64,000 nt of DNA from a virus. The position numbers were made by a program, and so were the translations under genes. Shown one piece after another: positions 39,225-50,804 of this stretch. Under the pieces are notes generated by a model. The model saw only the letters and a program-made list of their open reading frames with translations. It was not told where the DNA came from and did not search any database. Each line of letters begins with the position of its first letter. The first letter of the stretch is position 1. The stretch is taken from positions 1-64,000 of the IMG/VR virus record IMGVR_UViG_3300046170_000371. The stretch is one strand, 5' to 3'.

Positions 39225-42200
39225 CCGCTGCTTTCTTCTTCTTCTTCTTCTTCTTCTGTCTCTTCCGGCACTTCATAGTTGCCGTGATAGATGGTGCCAC
39301 CGTCAGGCATATAGAAGGTTTCACCGTTCATATCGTGCGTGTGGTGGTCATCAACTGAACTTGCGGCATTAGCAGCAGCTGCTGTGTAATACAGAGGATA
39401 GTAGCCATCAAGAGCGAATGGTTCTGCGGCATTAACTGCGGCAAGCACCGTTGCTGTTAAGCGGTCGGTCTCTTCTGCTGTCAGTGTTGCTCCACCCATC
39501 AAGCGATAGAAGCTAGATGCGATTGAAGTGCGACGAGCGTTGACATTCTGTGGGAAAGCAGCGAAAGCAGCAGCAATATCTTGCGACATCTGTACGTGCT
39601 TAGGGTCATTTGCATTAAGAGCAGTGAACTCTTTAATTGCAAAGAACTCTTCACCGTTGCGACCAGTAGAGCACCACTCGTTGTTACTGTTTTCAAGCGT
39701 GATGGTGTCAGTACCGTTGGTTGAAACGAAAGTACCCACCCCTGATTTCTCAGGGCCGACTACCTTCAGTCCTGCTTCTGTCCAATCACCAGTAGTGTTG
39801 GTAAGAGTAATAGTTGGACCTGCGGGGTCAGCGTCTTCAGTTAGTTCACCTGTTGGGAAGAATTCACCAGCCATAGCATCTTTAGCAATAGCGATGTAGA
39901 TGTATTTATTACCTGATACTTCGAGGTCGCTCTTACCGTCACCAAGGTCAAACTTCCAACCGTCAGAAGTGAAGTAAAAATACTGGCGCGAGTAGTTTTC
40001 TCCATCGCCTTCCTTATCTGCTTCGTCAGCAGCCAATGTAGGATCATTTGCGCCTTGAGTGACTCCTCGTGTTGAGTCAAACATCCGCCAAGCACCTCCA
40101 TCAGTTGTATTCTTGATCATCACAAACTCGGGCTCGAAACCCACACCGGTAACTTCACCACCACTGTCGCCTGTATATGTACCACATTTAATCTTGCCAG
40201 GTGTGTCAGCAAACAAATAGGCGACATATTCTTCACCATCTGCATTTGTTTGATTAGCTTGACCAACAGTAAACTCATCGGCAGTTGGTTCAGTACTGTT
40301 CCAGTATGTACCATCATTTGTAAATTCACTGTTGGTATTAAGTCTTCCGTAGTAACTTGCTCCAAGAGATTTATGATAAACCGTCCAAGACGTACTACCA
40401 CTTGAATAGTTTTTGACAAGCATCATGCCCGGTTCTGTTGAGAGCTGATGACTTACACTTTGTGCGGGTGCATTATTGCCAACATAAGTAACAACATCGA
40501 AGAAGCCTGGCGCTGCTTTAAAATTCCAGGCAACGTAATTTAAACCACTACTATTAGTAGGTCCGCTGTTTCCTGTAGTAAACCCAGTATCATCAAAACC
40601 TTTGCGATGCGCCGAATTACTCCAACCATTATTACTAAGGTTGGTGTACATTCCAAGGTTTTGGATTGTATTCATTAACACGTGATTTTCCACACCACTT
40701 CTGCACTTAATCCAAACCGCACTTCTTACAGTGTTATCAATACCTGTTGTAATTTTGTGATCTGCACCAGTACCGCTGTAAACCGTGGTGCTAAACGCAG
40801 GAGTCTCAGCACCAAATGTGCTTGTTGCATTTTCACCTTGTACTGTGTCACCAGCCTTAAAGTTGTTTAAGTCTTGAGCGTCGGTAAGGGTAAGGGTTGT
40901 TGAGGCGTCATTACCTGTGGCTGAATACATCACACGGTCAGTTTTATTAGTTGCAACTGCAACAAACTTACTGTCTCCGTACGCTACTGAAAACCAACTA
41001 TTATTTCCTGATGGTGTTCCTGCATTCCACTTAATACCGTCATCCGAATACATCGTTCCACCGGAACCAACTGCTACGAACCTACCGTTTCCGTAGGTAA
41101 CACGAGTCCAAGATAATTTACCTCCGGGTGTTGGGTCTGCTGAGTACCAAGTGATGGCATCAGTAGACCACATTGCCTGGTAATCTCCGTCGGCTGCAAC
41201 AGCAACAAACTTTCCGTTTCCGTAGGCTATGCTATAAAAAGCATTTAATTCTGGTACATCAACATAAGTCCAACTATTACCTTTGTCAGTTGAATACATC
41301 ACACGTCGGTCGCCACCGGCGGCAACGGCAACAAACTTTCCGTCGGCGTAGATTAGATCTTGCCAACTATTAGTGTCAACTACAGGACCTGAAGACCAAC
41401 TAGCACCATTATTAGTTGACTTCATAGTAAGTCCATCAGAGTAAGCAAGTGCTAAAAACACACCTTCTCCGAAAGCAACACAACCCCACCGCCCTGAGGT
41501 ATTTGCTGCAGCTTTTTCAAGCCAAAGAGTACCGTTACTGCTATACATTGTGCGATTAGAACCAGTGTTTGCAACTGCTACAAACGTATTGTTTCCGTAG
41601 GCTAATGAATACCAGCCTTCCAAGGGACATGTCACTGGAGTCCAATCAGTACCGTTAATTGAATACATTGATCGCTGGTCACCACCGCTTCCAACTGCTA
41701 CAAATCTCCCGCCGGCATAAACTATTGCTCGCCAGTCTCCTGAATCTTGTTTTAATGAAGTCCAACCACCAGGTACATCAACAACAGTATCAATCGCACT
41801 AGATTCTGGGGTGTAACTAGCAACAGCGCCAGTATCATCAACCATTACTAATGCATCGTTAGCAATAAAAGTATCAAGATTAAGAGAGCTAGAAACTGTT
41901 AGTTCAGTTTCAGTTGTTGCTGTGATTGGTCCAGCAGCTCCTTCAGGATTAGGCAGTTGTGGAAGCAACGCATTGCTTTCCTTGACTGAGGTACCAGCAG
42001 TATTCTCAGCTTTAACGATGGCAGAAACTGCAGTACCCATTGGTAAGTCAGTATCAGGGTCATTGCCAGTTGAGAACAAGCTTGGGAACTTAATGCTGTA
42101 ATCTTTATTACTTACATTGACGAAGCCTGGGTCACTAGCTTGAATGCCAATGACTTGCGCTTTATCAGAAATGATTTGGAGTTTTGCATATGCTTCATTT

Positions 42201-45200
42201 TGAGTTCCTGTTACAGGAATAACAGGTGCAATGCTAAAAGCAGTATCGCTATTGTTATCAGCAATCCAACGACCAGATACATTTGATAGTTCAATCTCAG
42301 TACCAGTAATTTGACTGATAGTACCTTCTGCTGTATTCGTAGGACCTTCAACAACAGTTCCGATTTGCTCTGTCCAATCTCCAGAGACATTGGTGAGTGT
42401 CATTGAATTGTTATCTACATCAACCTCATCAACGATTGCGGTTGCTGCGAATTCACCAGCCATAGCGTCTTCTGCAATGGCGACGTAGATGTATTCACCA
42501 TTAGTTCCATTGAAAGAAGCATTTGAGCTTTTTACTGTGAAGCCAGTTGGAGTCCAAGCAAAATAATCACTCCAAGGGTTTGTGTAATAATCAGAATCAC
42601 CTTGATTGCTATTTGGAACTAAACCATTGATATTTCTTTCTCTATCAAAAATCATCCAATCTGAGCTGGAGAATTTAGCACTCTTGAACATTACCCAACC
42701 GGGTTTGAAACCAACGTCAACAGTAGTGTCAGTTGAACCTTGCCCTATGTACTGACCGCACTTAATCCTGCCAGGCGTGTCAGCAAATAAATAGGCGACA
42801 TATTCTTCATTGGCATAATTTACTCGGTCAGTATCACCAACAGAAAACGTTTTGGCGTTCATGTCCATAGTTGGGTTACCGGTTGTTGCCCAATATGACT
42901 CCGGTCCCGACTTGCTGAGAGTGCTATTTAATATTAAAGCGTATTGATAAGTGAAACCTGAGTCTTTATGCCATACTGCCCACGGGGAAGTTGAAGTAGT
43001 AGATTTAACTATAATACAGCCAGGGGTTGAATTTAAGTTGTGTGGAATATTTGCGTAGTCATTCGTTCCTTCCCACGTAACAATATCCATGAAGCCTGGC
43101 GCTGCACGGAAGTTCCAACCAACATAGGTTAGTCCTGAAGTATTTACTCTTCCATTAGTCCCAAGGGTAAATCCTTGGCTATCAAAAGATAGTAAGGTAT
43201 TGCCTCTGCTCGTGCTTGCTTCGGTAATTTCTGAAGATAGAGCCTGTAATGGACCTCTCAAGGTGTCGTATAGAAAATGTCCAAAATTACCTTCTCTATT
43301 TTTGATCCAAACTAAAGCCTTGGCGGTATTATCTATTCCATTGTTTACCGGGGTTTCTGCACTGTTGCCGTTCCAAAGCGTAGTGGCAAACGCAGGAGAT
43401 AAAGCAAATGTTGCTGATGTATCAGAACCTTCAATTGCATCACCTGGCTTGAAATACTGCAGGTCATCATTTGATGCTTCAAAAGCTAGTTCGGTTTGAG
43501 AATTACCACCTGGACCTTCTGCAATGGCGACGTAGATGTACTCGCCATTAAGTTCGTTAGGTGTACCTGCATCATAAATAGTGAACCCTGTGTCGGTTAG
43601 TTCAACTTTAGAAGTAACAGCTTCAGCCTTGGGGTCATTGGCAAGCAGTGTTGCAATGTCTGTGCTGGCATTCCCGTTAGGTCTCGCCGTATCCCATATC
43701 ATCCAGCTGCTTGACGAATCAACTCTCTTGTACAAGACCCAGCCCGGCTTGAATCCAACATCTATTGACACCTGCGAACCAGTACCATTAAACAAACCGC
43801 ACTTAATACCAGCATCGGGGTTGTCTGCAAACAAGTAAGCGACATATTCTACGTTTACCTTGTTTGAGCTAGGCGCTGAAGCATAAACGGAGAAATATGT
43901 ATCTGTTTGCTCTGCACTAGGTGCAAATTCAGAGTATCTGCCAAATGCTTGATTCATATTTAAAAATCCGTTTTCTGATTGAACACCATCATCATTTGCC
44001 GCATCTTTATGCCACACACACCATTCACCCGAGGCACTGGAGGACTTGCAAATAATCACGCCAGGAGCTGAATTCAATTGATGTGGTATCTGTCTATTTA
44101 AACCAGTATTCCCATCGCCTGTATAGGTAACAACATCCATGAAGCCTGCGCCTGCTTTAAAGTTCCAGGCGACGTAATTATTGCCTGAGATATTTGTCCC
44201 ACTAAAGCCATTCAGCAATTCAAACCCATCTTGTTGGGGAGCCAAAAAGCCTGTGTTGTTCTCAGCTTTGTCGCTATTGTTGCTTATCAAGTAAGTAGAA
44301 TGATCTGAAGAACTTAAATGGTGATTGATACTGCTACCATCTCTATTCTTTATCCAAAGTAGAGTGTCAGCAGTGTTATCAATACCAGTAGTAATTGTTT
44401 GAGCAGAGCTATTACCTGAATAAAGCGTAGAGCTAAACCCACCGATAGGCGGGGTTACAGTAACACTTGCGATATTAGTTGTAGTTGGAGTGTAAGAAGC
44501 AGGCTCAAATTCCCCGCTGCCATCTTGCTTGACTGTGCCATCTGTCATGAAGACATCGCCAGTCAGTTTATCTAAATCTTTTTCAGTAGCAACTGTCAGT
44601 TGTGTACCAGCAATGTCACCAACTTCTTCTGCAATAGCGACGAAGATGCAATTTATAGAAGAACCACCGAGACCTTCATTGTGAGCGAAGCCTGTATCTG
44701 TAGACCAAATTCTTAAATCTTGTGTCTCTGCGCTATCTGTGTTTGCATTTAAGCCTGGCTGATTACTACTATTATTTGCCAGCCCTCGGGTTAAATCAAA
44801 GATGTTCCAATTAGCAGCGGTACCGCTATTTGAGTTAGAGGCTTTCCAAAGAACCCAACCAGCTTTGAATCCACAGTCCACTTCAATCGTTTCGCTGACG
44901 CCTGCTCCACCGGTAAACGTACCGCACTTAATACCAGCGTCGGGGTTGTCAGCAAACAGGTAGGCGATGTAATCTGTATCTAAATTGTTAGTAGTGTTTT
45001 TTGTACCAACACTAAATACAGTGTCAGTAGGTTCTTGATGCCATCGCGATGGATTAGTTTTGGCTTCATCGGTTTTATTAAGACAAATATATTGGGTATA
45101 GCCTAAGTCTTTGTGATAGACCTCCCAATCCATGCCTGCTGCATTCCGTGCTTTTACAATGATGACCCCTGGCGCTGTGCCTAAACTATGAGGCACATCT

Positions 45201-46279
45201 TGGGGAATATCAGTGCCGCCCGCGCCCGGTGGATGGCTACCTACGTATTCAACAATATCGAAGAAACCTGTACCTGCTTGAAAGTTCCAGGCGGCAAAGT
45301 CAACTGTATTGTTGCCTCCATTAGTCCAACCTGATCTATTACCAAGAACAGCACCTTCGTCAGTAAAAGATTCAACATCTTGCGAAGAAGCACTGAGATT
45401 ATAGACTTCTGCGTTAGTATTATGCGTACTAAGATTATATTCATTTCCTCTGACTGTATCTACTAAAGCGTGACCATAGGTAGAAGTTCTTGCTTTAAAC
45501 CACATCAATGATTTGGCAGTGTTATCAATACCAGTTTTAAGAACTTGAGTGGCAGCATTGCCTGTATAAAGCGTGGTACTAAATCCACCACCAGGTACTT
45601 CAATATTTTCTACATCAGTAATCGTATCTGAGTTGACTGCAAAATCAAATGTAGTTCCAGAGAGTTTAGCTTTTACCGCATAGGTGGGGTCTGGTTTCCC
45701 ATCTAATGCCATTACTGTTGTATATGGGAACTCTTTACCTGTATAACGATTTGCACCATCATAAATTTCAGTTAGTACTACTTCATTAATAACAGGAGCA
45801 ACTTCAACAGATGTTACGGGACCACTAAAACCAGTATTACTTGCCGTTGTACCAAGAGCATCTGTTGTTGTACAAGTACAGCCAATAAATTTACCAATGT
45901 CTGATTCTGGCACACTATATGTTGATGCCTGTTGTCCAACAATATCTACTAAATTTGTACCAATTAAGTCATCGGCATAATGCCACTGATATGTGAATGG
46001 ATAGCCACCATCTGGTTCTTTACCACCAGTTACAACAGGCTGAGCTGTAGCTGCTTCATTAATAAGCGGAGGGTTAGGAGAAACAACGACTGTAATTTCT
46101 AATGGGTCAATGACTGAATTAATGAAATCAGCACCAGTAATCTTGTAGGTAGAGTCACTGCGATTTACCAAGAGGTAATCAGTTGTTTCAAGGGTAGCCA
46201 TTAGTGTGTCCGTGGTTTGTGTATAAGTCGTGTCAGTACGATTGACGAGAAATTCATCAGTCGGTTGTAGTTCAGCCAT
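39218..46279 (-). CDS. Giant (2353 aa) virion/tail-fibre protein with repeated beta-rich domains and a beta-propeller
   Basis: Four copies of a FSTTLY.GN...YVAYLFAD.P..IKCG domain; array of W..(I/V)AYG.GKFVAV repeats. Confidence 0.75.
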   Translation of the reverse strand: MAELQPTDEFLVNRTDTTYTQTTDTLMATLETTDYLLVNRSDSTYKITGADFINSVIDPLEITVVVSPNPPLINEAATAQPVVTGGKEPDGGYPFTYQWHYADDLIGTNLVDIVGQQASTYSVPESDIGKFIGCTCTTTDALGTTASNTGFSGPVTSVEVAPVINEVVLTEIYDGANRYTGKEFPYTTVMALDGKPDPTYAVKAKLSGTTFDFAVNSDTITDVENIEVPGGGFSTTLYTGNAATQVLKTGIDNTAKSLMWFKARTSTYGHALVDTVRGNEYNLSTHNTNAEVYNLSASSQDVESFTDEGAVLGNRSGWTNGGNNTVDFAAWNFQAGTGFFDIVEYVGSHPPGAGGTDIPQDVPHSLGTAPGVIIVKARNAAGMDWEVYHKDLGYTQYICLNKTDEAKTNPSRWHQEPTDTVFSVGTKNTTNNLDTDYIAYLFADNPDAGIKCGTFTGGAGVSETIEVDCGFKAGWVLWKASNSNSGTAANWNIFDLTRGLANNSSNQPGLNANTDSAETQDLRIWSTDTGFAHNEGLGGSSINCIFVAIAEEVGDIAGTQLTVATEKDLDKLTGDVFMTDGTVKQDGSGEFEPASYTPTTTNIASVTVTPPIGGFSSTLYSGNSSAQTITTGIDNTADTLLWIKNRDGSSINHHLSSSDHSTYLISNNSDKAENNTGFLAPQQDGFELLNGFSGTNISGNNYVAWNFKAGAGFMDVVTYTGDGNTGLNRQIPHQLNSAPGVIICKSSSASGEWCVWHKDAANDDGVQSENGFLNMNQAFGRYSEFAPSAEQTDTYFSVYASAPSSNKVNVEYVAYLFADNPDAGIKCGLFNGTGSQVSIDVGFKPGWVLYKRVDSSSSWMIWDTARPNGNASTDIATLLANDPKAEAVTSKVELTDTGFTIYDAGTPNELNGEYIYVAIAEGPGGNSQTELAFEASNDDLQYFKPGDAIEGSDTSATFALSPAFATTLWNGNSAETPVNNGIDNTAKALVWIKNREGNFGHFLYDTLRGPLQALSSEITEASTSRGNTLLSFDSQGFTLGTNGRVNTSGLTYVGWNFRAAPGFMDIVTWEGTNDYANIPHNLNSTPGCIIVKSTTSTSPWAVWHKDSGFTYQYALILNSTLSKSGPESYWATTGNPTMDMNAKTFSVGDTDRVNYANEEYVAYLFADTPGRIKCGQYIGQGSTDTTVDVGFKPGWVMFKSAKFSSSDWMIFDRERNINGLVPNSNQGDSDYYTNPWSDYFAWTPTGFTVKSSNASFNGTNGEYIYVAIAEDAMAGEFAATAIVDEVDVDNNSMTLTNVSGDWTEQIGTVVEGPTNTAEGTISQITGTEIELSNVSGRWIADNNSDTAFSIAPVIPVTGTQNEAYAKLQIISDKAQVIGIQASDPGFVNVSNKDYSIKFPSLFSTGNDPDTDLPMGTAVSAIVKAENTAGTSVKESNALLPQLPNPEGAAGPITATTETELTVSSSLNLDTFIANDALVMVDDTGAVASYTPESSAIDTVVDVPGGWTSLKQDSGDWRAIVYAGGRFVAVGSGGDQRSMYSINGTDWTPVTCPLEGWYSLAYGNNTFVAVANTGSNRTMYSSNGTLWLEKAAANTSGRWGCVAFGEGVFLALAYSDGLTMKSTNNGASWSSGPVVDTNSWQDLIYADGKFVAVAAGGDRRVMYSTDKGNSWTYVDVPELNAFYSIAYGNGKFVAVAADGDYQAMWSTDAITWYSADPTPGGKLSWTRVTYGNGRFVAVGSGGTMYSDDGIKWNAGTPSGNNSWFSVAYGDSKFVAVATNKTDRVMYSATGNDASTTLTLTDAQDLNNFKAGDTVQGENATSTFGAETPAFSTTVYSGTGADHKITTGIDNTVRSAVWIKCRSGVENHVLMNTIQNLGMYTNLSNNGWSNSAHRKGFDDTGFTTGNSGPTNSSGLNYVAWNFKAAPGFFDVVTYVGNNAPAQSVSHQLSTEPGMMLVKNYSSGSTSWTVYHKSLGASYYGRLNTNSEFTNDGTYWNSTEPTADEFTVGQANQTNADGEEYVAYLFADTPGKIKCGTYTGDSGGEVTGVGFEPEFVMIKNTTDGGAWRMFDSTRGVTQGANDPTLAADEADKEGDGENYSRQYFYFTSDGWKFDLGDGKSDLEVSGNKYIYIAIAKDAMAGEFFPTGELTEDADPAGPTITLTNTTGDWTEAGLKVVGPEKSGVGTFVSTNGTDTITLENSNNEWCSTGRNGEEFFAIKEFTALNANDPKHVQMSQDIAAAFAAFPQNVNARRTSIASSFYRLMGGATLTAEETDRLTATVLAAVNAAEPFALDGYYPLYYTAAAANAASSVDDHHTHDMNGETFYMPDGGTIYHGNYEVPEETEEEEEEEESSGY

Positions 46280-46291
46280 TGTTATCTCCTA

Positions 46292-46624
46292 TCAAACGAG
46301 GGTAGGAATGGCAGACCAGTCGTCTCCAATCCGTACGCCTTCTGTTTCTACTGCGATGCCGTATCCGGGATATGCCTTTACTGCGAGGTTAAAAGTGTTG
46401 TCGCCGTTATCAATTTGAGTTAAGCCGTCGCCAGCACCGCCGCCACCGCCTGGAGCACCAGCACCAGCGATACGAACGATATTGTCACCAGCGTCTTTGA
46501 TAAACAGTACGGGGTCGGTCTCACTGTAGTTAACAGCAAGTTCACCGTATTCCATCTGCGCTGCGGTTGGTTCTTTTGCCTGACCACCGTCCAGCACATT
46601 ACTGCGCTTTAGTTGAATTTTCAT
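46292..46624 (-). CDS. Tail-fibre-associated protein
   Basis: MKIQLKRS...P....GELAVN...LFIKD, typical fibre N-terminal motif. Confidence 0.6.
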   Translation of the reverse strand: MKIQLKRSNVLDGGQAKEPTAAQMEYGELAVNYSETDPVLFIKDAGDNIVRIAGAGAPGGGGGAGDGLTQIDNGDNTFNLAVKAYPGYGIAVETEGVRIGDDWSAIPTLV

Positions 46625-46896
46625 CTCTGCCTCGCTAAAAAGCTATACCACGAATAATAATCCGTTGTATTTATTCTAGCGATTTAATTAATATGTTCCG
46701 CCGTCAATTGCTTCAGAGTATGAGATTACTCCTGAGTCATCTTCAACAATAACGAATGTTCCTTCACGTCCAGGCTTAGCTAACTTACCTGCTTCTGCTT
46801 GAATAAAGTTAGAGAAATCTGCAACAGTAATTTTACGGTTACTTGAATCTGTAACTCTATATAGAGGCAGGAGGTCTGTATTCTGTAGTGCCATAA

Positions 46897-47883
46897 TCAA
46901 GCATCTCCGAAAGTGCTAAAGTCCTTAACTAAATAATAAGTATCTACATAACCAGGCGTGGCTGCTGTAGTAATAGATGTTGATTTAACAGAACCATTCT
47001 CTTGAAGTAGAACCGCACCTTTCTGTACAGTCGTTCCATCTTTGATTGATACAGTTGTTTCAGACTTGCCGAAGTCAGGGTCACCGTCTACTGCCGTATC
47101 ATCTACTAACTCAGTAGTTACTTCAATCGGGTCTTCACCTTTCAGAGAAGACAAAGTGCTATCAGAAATATCTTCAAGCTCTTGATTGATGTTAATAATC
47201 TCTTGATTGATATTAGTAATGTTCTCAGTCAGGCTTCCTGTAAGACCTTGACCGTCACCAATGATGACTTCAATGCCATCAATATTGGTTTCAATTTCTA
47301 CAATGTTGTCGTTAGATGCTTTCAGTAAACTGGCAGGGACTACAGCGTTGCCATTAGGTGAAGCAACTCCATCATTTGCTACAACATCTGATGCCACCGC
47401 AATAGAAGGAACTACACCAGAGCGAGTTGCCCTAGGTACTGACATTGTGGCATCTGTTGTTAATGCGTCGTATACAGAAATCTGTGGTGATTCTTCTACA
47501 TTATCGTCAACTGAGATTGGCTGAATACCAATGATTTCTTCTACACCATGGTCTCCAGTATCACTCTTAATTAAATCCCAGCTGTTAGAACCCCCATTCC
47601 AAATAGCACGGTCACCTTGTTCTACATTTTCACCTAGGATGTTAGCTACCCAAGTACCTGCTCCAGTAACAGGGTTGTTGTTGATGTAAAGGTCACCGTT
47701 CTGTACACCTGTGCCATCAAGGCTAGGGTCTTGACCGTTATCACGGAAGTCCCTAGAACCTTTGTAGCTGATTGTTTCACCAGCAGCGATAAATTCTTTT
47801 AGCTTTTCTCCACTCAGTTTGTAATGCTTGTTAGCATCTGTTGGACGTTGAACAACAAAATAGTCAGTATTTAATAGAGCCAT
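46897..47883 (-). CDS. Putative virion structural/fibre protein
   Basis: Acidic, short coiled coil, TTVQKGAVLL fibre-like motif. Confidence 0.5.
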   Translation of the reverse strand: MALLNTDYFVVQRPTDANKHYKLSGEKLKEFIAAGETISYKGSRDFRDNGQDPSLDGTGVQNGDLYINNNPVTGAGTWVANILGENVEQGDRAIWNGGSNSWDLIKSDTGDHGVEEIIGIQPISVDDNVEESPQISVYDALTTDATMSVPRATRSGVVPSIAVASDVVANDGVASPNGNAVVPASLLKASNDNIVEIETNIDGIEVIIGDGQGLTGSLTENITNINQEIININQELEDISDSTLSSLKGEDPIEVTTELVDDTAVDGDPDFGKSETTVSIKDGTTVQKGAVLLQENGSVKSTSITTAATPGYVDTYYLVKDFSTFGDA

Positions 47884-47889
47884 GATTTC

Positions 47890-48492
47890 TTAAGGAGCAG
47901 GGGGGAGGCTATTGATGTCAAGTGTGACTTCGGTTAAGCCATCACGATCAGTTAATTCAATAGGGTCAATTGAAGTAAAGGACTGAGTGGTCCCTCTACT
48001 ATTATAGTCTTGTAGTGTTACATTTAAATTTTGACGGATGCTTTCTGGTACATCTTCTAGTCCGCCAAAAGCAAACGTTAGAACTGATGCATGGTCATTG
48101 ACATCGTACAAAACAGTAACAGGGTTGCCTGATACTGATGTTAATAATGGTGGAATATCAAAGCCTTCAACTGATGCAAGGATGCGTTCAGAAGGAGCAT
48201 CAATTTCAGGTGCCAGTGAAATGTCTAATGTAATTTCAACAGCGCTAGGTGTACCGTCTACTACAAGTGGAATAGCACTAATCAGCAAGAATTCTGCTGT
48301 ATCAGGTGGAGGTGGAATAATAATTCCATCGCCACAAGGTAATTCATCTGGTTCAGAAACACGCCACGTTGGTGGACCTTGTGCAACGTTTGGATTGATG
48401 CACAGATAATAACGATTAAACCGAGAGACATAATCTCCTGGAGTTGGAATTACCGGGTTAGGCTCCCATACTTCTAGATTTAATTCGCTCAT
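47890..48492 (-). CDS. Putative virion structural protein
   Basis: ORF with TAAAATAGA upstream. Confidence 0.5.
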   Translation of the reverse strand: MSELNLEVWEPNPVIPTPGDYVSRFNRYYLCINPNVAQGPPTWRVSEPDELPCGDGIIIPPPPDTAEFLLISAIPLVVDGTPSAVEITLDISLAPEIDAPSERILASVEGFDIPPLLTSVSGNPVTVLYDVNDHASVLTFAFGGLEDVPESIRQNLNVTLQDYNSRGTTQSFTSIDPIELTDRDGLTEVTLDINSLPPAP

Positions 48493-49092
48493 CTGACAGA
48501 TGCTGTTTCTTCTATTTTACTCGTTTGTTGGAGGTGTATTATTTTTAGTCGTTTCATCCTCGCACTTTGCTTTTTTACAAATGCGTTTTGTTGGAGGACC
48601 ATTACCAGTAGCATTGCTGGGTTTATAATCTCTATACTGACGATTAAACTTGTTCATTCTTTAGCTCTCCATAATTACTTAAAAAGTCATGCATGTTTTT
48701 TTCCATCTGCTTTGCGATGACTGAATGAAGCAGGTGTTCATATCTCATAAATAACTTAGTAACATTCTTGAGGCTTTCTTGTAAGACCTTGACGTCTTCA
48801 CATTGCTCTACCTCATCAAAGATAACTCGTTGCTTTAACTCAGCTTCTAGTGGTAAATCAAAATCAGATGCTTCAAACATAACTATTCTTTTATAGAGGC
48901 TCCTGTTATTAATGCTAGCGTTGTTGCAATCATGACGTTGAATGTATTCTCATAACGCTCACCTATCTTTGGACAAGAAGATAGTCCGCCTGATTTAGCG
49001 CAATAATAAAAGCCCACCCCAAAGAGGCAGGCTTGAAAGGTAAAAATTCCCGCTAACATCTGTAGTAGGAATTTTTGTTTATTCATTAGTTA

Positions 49093-50749
49093 TCAGCTAA
49101 CGCGGATCATTACAACTGAACCATTCCGATACAGTTGATTAACTGCTACACCAGCAGATGCTGCGGCGCTATCGTTAGCAGCATCGGTAAGGCCAGAAGA
49201 GAAGACGACGTTCGCTACGCCTGTCGTTCCAGTGTGAGTGCCGTCATTAATCAAAGCACGAGCGTTAATCAACGTCGTCTGGTTTTGAATAGCAGCGGTG
49301 TCATTGGTCAGCGCAGTTGCCAGTTCTTCGAGAGTGTCGAGACCAGAAGGTGCGTTGCCTTTGAGGTTACCAATAGCAGTACCAACGAATGCGGTACTAG
49401 CAATCTGTGTGGTGTTTGTTCCAGCAGATGCGGTAGGAACAGTAGGTGCTCCAGTCAGAGCAGGACCAGCGAGGTCTGCCTTGAGGTCAAGTGCGGTTTG
49501 ACCAGCAGTTGAAACAGGCTTACCAGCATCAGTTGTGTTATCAACGTTGCCGAGACCCAAGGTGGTACGGGCTGCTGCGGCGTCTGCGTCATCAACCAAC
49601 GTTCCACCAAATGTGCTGACAGCAGAAGCATCAAGCTTTGCGGCAACAGCAGTAGCGGTGGTGGGGTCAGCTTCGAGAGTATCGATGCGACCAGACAGTG
49701 CAGCTTCAGCAGCGTCACTATCAGTCTCGTTCTGGTTTACATCAGCCTGTACAGCGGCAATGCTGTTAGTGATGGTGGTTGAGAAGTTAGCGTCATCACC
49801 CAATGCTGCTGCGAGCTCATTAAGAGTATTGATTGCGCCAGGAGCAGAATCAATCAGAGCAGCAACTGCGGCAGTGACGTATGCGGTCGTAGCCAGTTGA
49901 GTGGTGTTAGTACCAGCAGATGCAGTAGGTGCTGCAGGGAGTACCGGTGAAAGTTGGAGAAGCAATGTTTGCTTTCAACGCAATAGCGGTATCAGCATCA
50001 GATTCGTTCTGGTCCACATCAGACTGAACAGCAGCAAGTGCGGTAGCAGTGGTGGGGTCAGCTTCTAGTGTGTCAATACGAGCAGAGAGTGCTGCTTCGG
50101 CTGAATCACTATCACTTTCGTTTTGGTTGACATCAGCTTGAACTGCTGCGAGTGCCGTAGCAGTCGTAGGGTCAGCTTCAAGAGTATCGAGACGAGTAGA
50201 TAGAGCAGCTTCAGCATTATCAGAAGCGGTCTCATTAGCATCAACGTCAGCTTGTACAGCAGCAAGAGCAGTGGCTGTCGTTGGGTCTGCTTCTAGCGTG
50301 TCAAGACGACCAGACAATGCAGCTTCAGCAGCATCGCTAGCGGTTTCATTTGAATCAACGTCAGATTGAACTGCGGCGATTGAATTCGTCAGAGTTGTAA
50401 AAGCATTTGCATCATCATTGATGGCAGCTGCCAACTCATTCAAAGTGTCAAGAGCACCAGGTGCGCTATCAACTAGAGCAGCGACTGCTGTTGCAATAGC
50501 AGTATCTGCATAAGTACGAGTAGCAGCATCAGCTACTACAAGAGCGGTCGTGTTGAAATCATATACAAGCAAACCTTGGTCGCCAGTAAGGCAGCCGTTG
50601 GTTTTACCTGCGGTTGGGACCCAGCTACTATCTGCCAGTGCGGCATCAGCTTGGGCTTTTGTTGCGAAGAAGCGGGAGAGAATGTTGTAATCAGTACCCG
50701 CCCCTCGCAGGCTGAGCTGATCAACGCCCAGAGAGGTAACAGTGGTCAT
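49093..50749 (-). CDS. Ala-rich coiled-coil tail fibre (indel near 49935)
   Basis: APGALDTLNELAAA and PTASAGTNTTQ motifs; ~38-aa LSGRLDTLEADPTT repeats. Confidence 0.75.
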
Positions 50750-50804
50750 AACTTATGCAATACAGAAAGATTGTCTAAAACTATTTTAACAAGATTAGGT
50801 AAAC

